From Nitrosotalea sp. (GTDB taxonomy: Archaea; Thermoproteota; Nitrososphaeria; Nitrososphaerales; Nitrosopumilaceae), in NCBI GenBank assembly GCA_025449485.1, contig JANWJG010000100.1, positions 1 to 52,309 of the forward strand: a stretch of 52,309 nucleotides of DNA, written 5' to 3'. Under the pieces are notes generated by a model, which worked only from the letters and a program-made list of their open reading frames with translations, had not been told where the DNA came from and did no database searches. This document shows, one piece after another, positions 48,124-52,309 of the stretch. A program made the translations under genes and the position numbers. Each line of letters begins with the position of its first letter. Within the stretch, counting starts at the first letter, position 1.

Positions 48124-48851
48124 CAGAGTTTTTTTATTATTGAATTAACCAAATCTTTGTTTCTCTCAACACGTGTCGGAGAATCAATGTCTAGCCATTG
48201 GGTTTTTCCAATGTCATATGCTGCAATGCTTCCTTTCTTGGATAATGGTTGCAAAATGTCATAAGAAAGATTCAGATTCTTTTTTCTCTGTTTTTCTGTC
48301 TTGATGGTACCAATTATTTTGGAATTTATGATGTATATCCCAAGACACTCTGCCATCTGTAGTTCAATTATTGGTTTTTCTTTGAACTCGCGAATGATTC
48401 CATTTTTTACTATGGCAAATCCTGTCTCTTCTTTTCTGTATCTTCTTACAGCTATTGTTGCATATGTCTTTGAATCCTTGTGGTATTGATACATCTTGGG
48501 TATGTCTACTGGACACAGATTGTCTACAAACCACAACAGGAATTCTTTGCTTTTTCCAAGTGATGATTTTAGGTGAACAAGGTCTCCGCCAGTTCCACTC
48601 TGTGAATCCTGGACAAATTTTATTTGCTTCTTAAAGGAGACATGGTTTTCAAAATATTTTTCTATTTGCTTTCCAATACCTGAAAAATCTCCCAGTATTA
48701 TTATTTCATCGATAATGTCTAACTTGGCAAGATATTTAGCAATGTAATAAACAAGTGGCCGTCCCTGGACCGGAATCATGGCTTTTGGAATATAATCTGT
48801 AAATGGTCTTCCCCGCGTCCCACGGCCTCCTGCCAGGATTACGGCTTTCAA
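48120..48851 (-). CDS. NDP-sugar nucleotidyltransferase family protein
   Basis: 'ILAGGRGTR..P.T..IPKAM', 'GTGG', 'FKEKP', 'WLDID'. Confidence 0.88.
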   Translation of the reverse strand: MKAVILAGGRGTRGRPFTDYIPKAMIPVQGRPLVYYIAKYLAKLDIIDEIIILGDFSGIGKQIEKYFENHVSFKKQIKFVQDSQSGTGGDLVHLKSSLGKSKEFLLWFVDNLCPVDIPKMYQYHKDSKTYATIAVRRYRKEETGFAIVKNGIIREFKEKPIIELQMAECLGIYIINSKIIGTIKTEKQRKKNLNLSYDILQPLSKKGSIAAYDIGKTQWLDIDSPTRVERNKDLVNSIIKKLC

Positions 48852-48853
48852 TG

Positions 48854-49297
48854 CTATCTATACGACTTCTGTTTTCTTCTTCTAGCACCGGGGCCACCAA
48901 ATTTCTTTGGTTCCTTTCTTCTGTCGTCTCCGCTTAGTAGGTGCTTGTCATAGTCGGTTAATCGTTTTCTTAGGTCTTCTCTTATTGTTCTTGTGAGTGG
49001 ATGATCTTTTGGTTCCTTTCTAGTTTTTGTCCAACCTGTCATTGCTCTTGACATTGCAATTGCGCTTGCATAAGACTGTCCGACAAAACCTCCGCCTTTG
49101 ACCTTGACTGAAAGATCTATCTTGTTTCTTAGCTCTCCTGCAATCTCTAGAGGTCCTAACATAATTTCTCGTGCTACTTCTTGTTGAACCATCTCTACTG
49201 GAACATTGTTAATTCTTACACGACCTACTCCTTTTGTAATGAATGCATGTGCGCGTGCAGTTTTTCTAGATGCATAATAACTTTCTAGTTTTACCAT
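48854..49297 (-). CDS. rps9: 30S ribosomal protein S9
   Basis: 'VKGGG..GQ', 'RRKEPKKFGGPGARRRKQKSYR'. Confidence 0.97.
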   Translation of the reverse strand: MVKLESYYASRKTARAHAFITKGVGRVRINNVPVEMVQQEVAREIMLGPLEIAGELRNKIDLSVKVKGGGFVGQSYASAIAMSRAMTGWTKTRKEPKDHPLTRTIREDLRKRLTDYDKHLLSGDDRRKEPKKFGGPGARRRKQKSYR

Positions 49298-49779
49298 TAC
49301 TCATTCCACCCAACCATTTTACCTAATTCTCCCAAGGTTGTGTAATATGGAGAAGGTCTTCTAATTTTAGCATCATCAAACTGTGTTGTTTTCTTTGATC
49401 GTAATTCATTTGGTACTCCAAGATATGCTCTTAATCTTTTCAAAGCTGTTGCTCCTGATGGTTTGTTCTTTGGTAACATTCCTCGTACCATTCTGCTTAT
49501 GATGGTGTCTGGTCTACGTGGGTGGAATGGACCAAATTTTGGATTGTTAATACTTGCAATCTCCAAGAACTTTCTATATTCTTCTATGATTAATTTTCTA
49601 TCTCCTGACAACATGATGTTTTCAGAATTTACAATTGACACTCTGTTCCCTTTTATGAGCAATTTTGCGACATGAGAACAAAGTCTTCCTGCAATCATGT
49701 TTGTTCCGTCTACTATGATTGTCTGTGATGCTGGATTCTTTTCTGCTGTTGCTTTTACTTCGGCAACTTGTTTAACCAA
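49297..49779 (-). CDS. rpl13: 50S ribosomal protein L13
   Basis: 'IAGRLCSHVAK.L', 'GPFHPRRPD...R.VRGMLP'. Confidence 0.96.
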   Translation of the reverse strand: MVKQVAEVKATAEKNPASQTIIVDGTNMIAGRLCSHVAKLLIKGNRVSIVNSENIMLSGDRKLIIEEYRKFLEIASINNPKFGPFHPRRPDTIISRMVRGMLPKNKPSGATALKRLRAYLGVPNELRSKKTTQFDDAKIRRPSPYYTTLGELGKMVGWNE

Positions 49780-50119
49780 TTATTTTCACTCCTTTTCCTG
49801 TTGGATGGTTCTTGATGATTTGAGCGATATCTAATATTTTTCCGCCTGACTCTGTTATTTTTTTTGCGCCAGTAGTTGATATTGAAAATGAACATATTGT
49901 TATTTTGTGTGAAAGACTTCCAGTTCCTAGAAGTTTGCCCGGTACAATTACGACATCATTGTCTACAACAAACTTGTCCAACTGACCCAAATTTATTGTT
50001 CTTTTTGCTCTGGTTGGTTTCAAGGCAAGTTCTGCTAATTTTCCCCATATTGGAGCATTGTTCTTCTTTGAAGCACCGTGTAAGATCTTTACCATTTGAA
50101 TAACAATCTGATTAGTCAT
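49772..50119 (-). CDS. rpl18e: 50S ribosomal protein L18e
   Basis: 'APIW', 'INLGQL', 'VPGKLLGTG'. Confidence 0.94.
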   Translation of the reverse strand: MTNQIVIQMVKILHGASKKNNAPIWGKLAELALKPTRAKRTINLGQLDKFVVDNDVVIVPGKLLGTGSLSHKITICSFSISTTGAKKITESGGKILDIAQIIKNHPTGKGVKIIG

Positions 50120-50159
50120 GTGTAATAATGCCCAATTTTACCCAAATATAATATATGCT

Positions 50160-50795
50160 TCAACCAAGCGTGGCTACGTTCTTTTGGAATTCGCCTAATC
50201 TTTTTTCAAGTTCTTCGATGGATGCACGCAGAACTTCTTTTGGAGTAAGACTACCTGTAGTTTCTATGTTCAAAATATGTTCTTCGGGGTTATTTGTAGA
50301 GGTAAGAGCTGAAACTGTGGCAGAATTCCATTTGGCATGATCGCTACCTCTGCCTAGTCTTGCATACGCCTCCACTTTTAATTTCTGATTTGGAGCAAGT
50401 GCAACGATTGGAATGCTAGAACTGACTGGTTTTATAACTTCATCCTCTGAACTAATTTCTGATGAAGTAATGGTGCGAGTTGTATCAGAATTGCCTGAAT
50501 CTAGCATGAGTAATACTCTGCATCGGCTACAGCCAAGTTCACTGTGGCAATCACATGCAGATGGTTCTACAAATCTTTCAAGATCTGTTCTAAGTGGCAT
50601 CATTGCAAGCCTGTGGGCTACACCCTCATCAGGCAAAACTGAGGAATTTTCAATAATTATGACATCATCAACTGCAAATGTAGGAATTCCAGCCAGGCAA
50701 ATTCGTCTTAGTGCGTTGGCATATTGTATAGGTATGCCTTTTAATTTCACAACCATACTGTTACCAGTTTCCTGAACAATCTCTAAAGAAGTCAA
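50160..50795 (-). CDS. rpoD: DNA-directed RNA polymerase subunit D (Rpo3)
   Basis: 'ANALRR', 'ENSSVLPDE..AHRL', Cys cluster, 'G.GSDHAKW'. Confidence 0.95.
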   Translation of the reverse strand: MTSLEIVQETGNSMVVKLKGIPIQYANALRRICLAGIPTFAVDDVIIIENSSVLPDEGVAHRLAMMPLRTDLERFVEPSACDCHSELGCSRCRVLLMLDSGNSDTTRTITSSEISSEDEVIKPVSSSIPIVALAPNQKLKVEAYARLGRGSDHAKWNSATVSALTSTNNPEEHILNIETTGSLTPKEVLRASIEELEKRLGEFQKNVATLG

Positions 50796-50865
50796 AGCTT
50801 ACGAAAAAGGACTGAAATTCCAAATAAAAATCTAGCGAGTTTTTCTTTATAGATAAATACTGAGC

Positions 50866-51570
50866 ATGACTACCTCAATTATGGATACTAAGGTACCAGT
50901 TGTAAGATTTGCAGTAGAAGGCGAAAAATTTGAGATACTGGTAAAGCCAGATCCTGCATTAGAGTTCAAGTTGGGTAAGCGTAAGGACATATCAGGTGTC
51001 TTGATTTCAGAGGAGATTTACTCTGATTCCAACAAGGGCACTAGGGCATCTACAGAGAAACTCATGAAGGCATTCAAAACCACTGATTCAACTGCAGTTG
51101 CTACTATGATGCTCCAGAAAGGAGAACTAAATCTTACAACAGATCAGAGAAGAAAAATGGTATCTGAAAAACGTAAACAGATAGTGGACTTTATCTCTAA
51201 AACCTATGTTGATCCACGATCACATCTTCCACATCCTCCACTTCGAATAGAACAAGCCATGGATGATGCAAGAGTGTCAGTTGATCCTTTCAGAAATACT
51301 GATGAACAGATAAAAGAAATAGTTGAACAGCTTCGTTCTATCATTCCGTTAAAGTCTGAAAATATGCTTCTTGAAATTCTAGTGCCCGCGCAATTTGCAG
51401 CTCAATCTTATTCTGTCTTAAAGTCATTTGGAACTTTGAAAAAAGAAGAATGGCAAGCAAATGGTGCACTCAAAGTAATACTAGATATACCGGCGGCGGC
51501 AAGGGCAAATGTAATGGATAGATTAGGCTCTGTAACAAAAGGTACTGCTTCTATTGAGGTTGCGAAATGA
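50866..51570 (+). CDS. ribosome maturation factor SBDS/Sdo1
   Basis: 'GEKFEILV', 'LTTDQRR', 'DPRSHLPHPP.RIE.AM'. Confidence 0.93.
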   Translation: MTTSIMDTKVPVVRFAVEGEKFEILVKPDPALEFKLGKRKDISGVLISEEIYSDSNKGTRASTEKLMKAFKTTDSTAVATMMLQKGELNLTTDQRRKMVSEKRKQIVDFISKTYVDPRSHLPHPPLRIEQAMDDARVSVDPFRNTDEQIKEIVEQLRSIIPLKSENMLLEILVPAQFAAQSYSVLKSFGTLKKEEWQANGALKVILDIPAAARANVMDRLGSVTKGTASIEVAK

Positions 51571-52271
51571 TGGATGTAAAAAGAAGATACGTTATTCCAG
51601 GCGATGTAATAGCCACAGGACCTTTGAGGCCTGAACAAAATGTATACCAAGATGGTGATAGGATGATCTCAACATGTGTTGGAATATCAGAGATTTTTGA
51701 AAATTCAGTTAAAGTAATTCCTCTCACTGGCGGATACATGCCAAAGACAAATGATCTGGTAATTGGCAAAGTAATTGGAACTTCACCGCTCTCTTGGGAA
51801 TTTGATATTAATTCATGTTTTGTCGGATTTTTGCCTGCACAAGATGTTTTTGGCAGAGACTATTCTCCCACAAAAGATGAACTAAGACAGAGACTGGATA
51901 TTGGTGATCTGGTTGCAACCAGAATTGCTAATTTTGATAGATCAAGAGATCCTCTCCTGACAGTTCAAGATAGAGATCTTGGTAAAATTGAAGCAGGTGA
52001 ACTAGTGGAGATCTCTCCAAGCAAAGTACCTAGATTGATAGGTAAACGCGGTTCTATGATCCAAACAATAGAAATGGCTACTAAAGCAATTATTACAATT
52101 GGTCAAAATGGGTGGATAGTAATATCCTGCGACGATTCCGAGGGATTATTAAAGGCAGTAGAAGCAGTGAAAATGATTGATGCCCTTGCGCATACGCCGA
52201 ATTTGACTGAAAGAGTCAAATCTATGCTTGGGGTACCAGATGGTGAAAACAATGACACAATTAATGACTGA
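51567..52271 (+). CDS. rrp4: exosome RNA-binding subunit Rrp4
   Basis: 'VIPGD', S1 domain, KH 'KVPRLIGKRGSMI', 'GQNGWI'. Confidence 0.94.
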   Translation: MMDVKRRYVIPGDVIATGPLRPEQNVYQDGDRMISTCVGISEIFENSVKVIPLTGGYMPKTNDLVIGKVIGTSPLSWEFDINSCFVGFLPAQDVFGRDYSPTKDELRQRLDIGDLVATRIANFDRSRDPLLTVQDRDLGKIEAGELVEISPSKVPRLIGKRGSMIQTIEMATKAIITIGQNGWIVISCDDSEGLLKAVEAVKMIDALAHTPNLTERVKSMLGVPDGENNDTIND

Positions 52272-52309
52272 AGATGGAATTAGATGTGATGGACGGAGAT
52301 TAGACGAGC
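52252..52309 (+). CDS. rrp41: exosome exonuclease Rrp41, N-terminal fragment (runs off window)
   Basis: MTQLMTEDGIRCDGRRLDE matches the 'R.DGR..DE' RNase PH start; follows rrp4 (alternative in-frame ATG at 52240). Confidence 0.8.
   Translation, partial: MTQLMTEDGIRCDGRRLDE

Overview
AT-rich archaeal chromosome segment, almost certainly from an ammonia-oxidising archaeon (Nitrososphaerota/Thaumarchaeota). A Nitrosotalea/Nitrosopumilales-like origin is inferred from gene content and order, the many TTG/leaderless starts, 'VP.WIK..A.WW..G.IS..EF' domains and the absence of rpl34e/rpl14e. Most of the window is core genome: leuS/alaS, fragmented ribosomal operons, secY/secE/ftsY, pckA, sod, argF, a 2-oxoacid:ferredoxin oxidoreductase, cofE, two aconitase-family pairs (probable homoaconitase plus bacterial-type LeuCD), rpoD and the start of the exosome operon. 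There are two intron-containing tRNAs: Gln-CTG with a D-loop intron, and Ser-GGA. Three accessory patches stand out. (i) A 3-gene RHH-led operon sits between secE and dtdA. (ii) An arsM-arsC-aquaporin arsenic module is divergent from an HxlR-type regulator, with a perfect palindromic operator. (iii) A ~4.3 kb island (38.6-42.9 kb) has three families of short pseudo-palindromic repeats between the genes. One of these families, a 34-bp promoter+palindrome module, lies upstream of three envelope genes, with a 22-bp inverted copy upstream of a double-wHTH regulator/3-TM protein pair; this suggests an uncharacterised membrane-sensing regulon and/or a cassette-like architecture. Three small ORFs missing from the ORF track were found by hand, including a 44-aa 8-Cys peptide ending in Gly-Gly.
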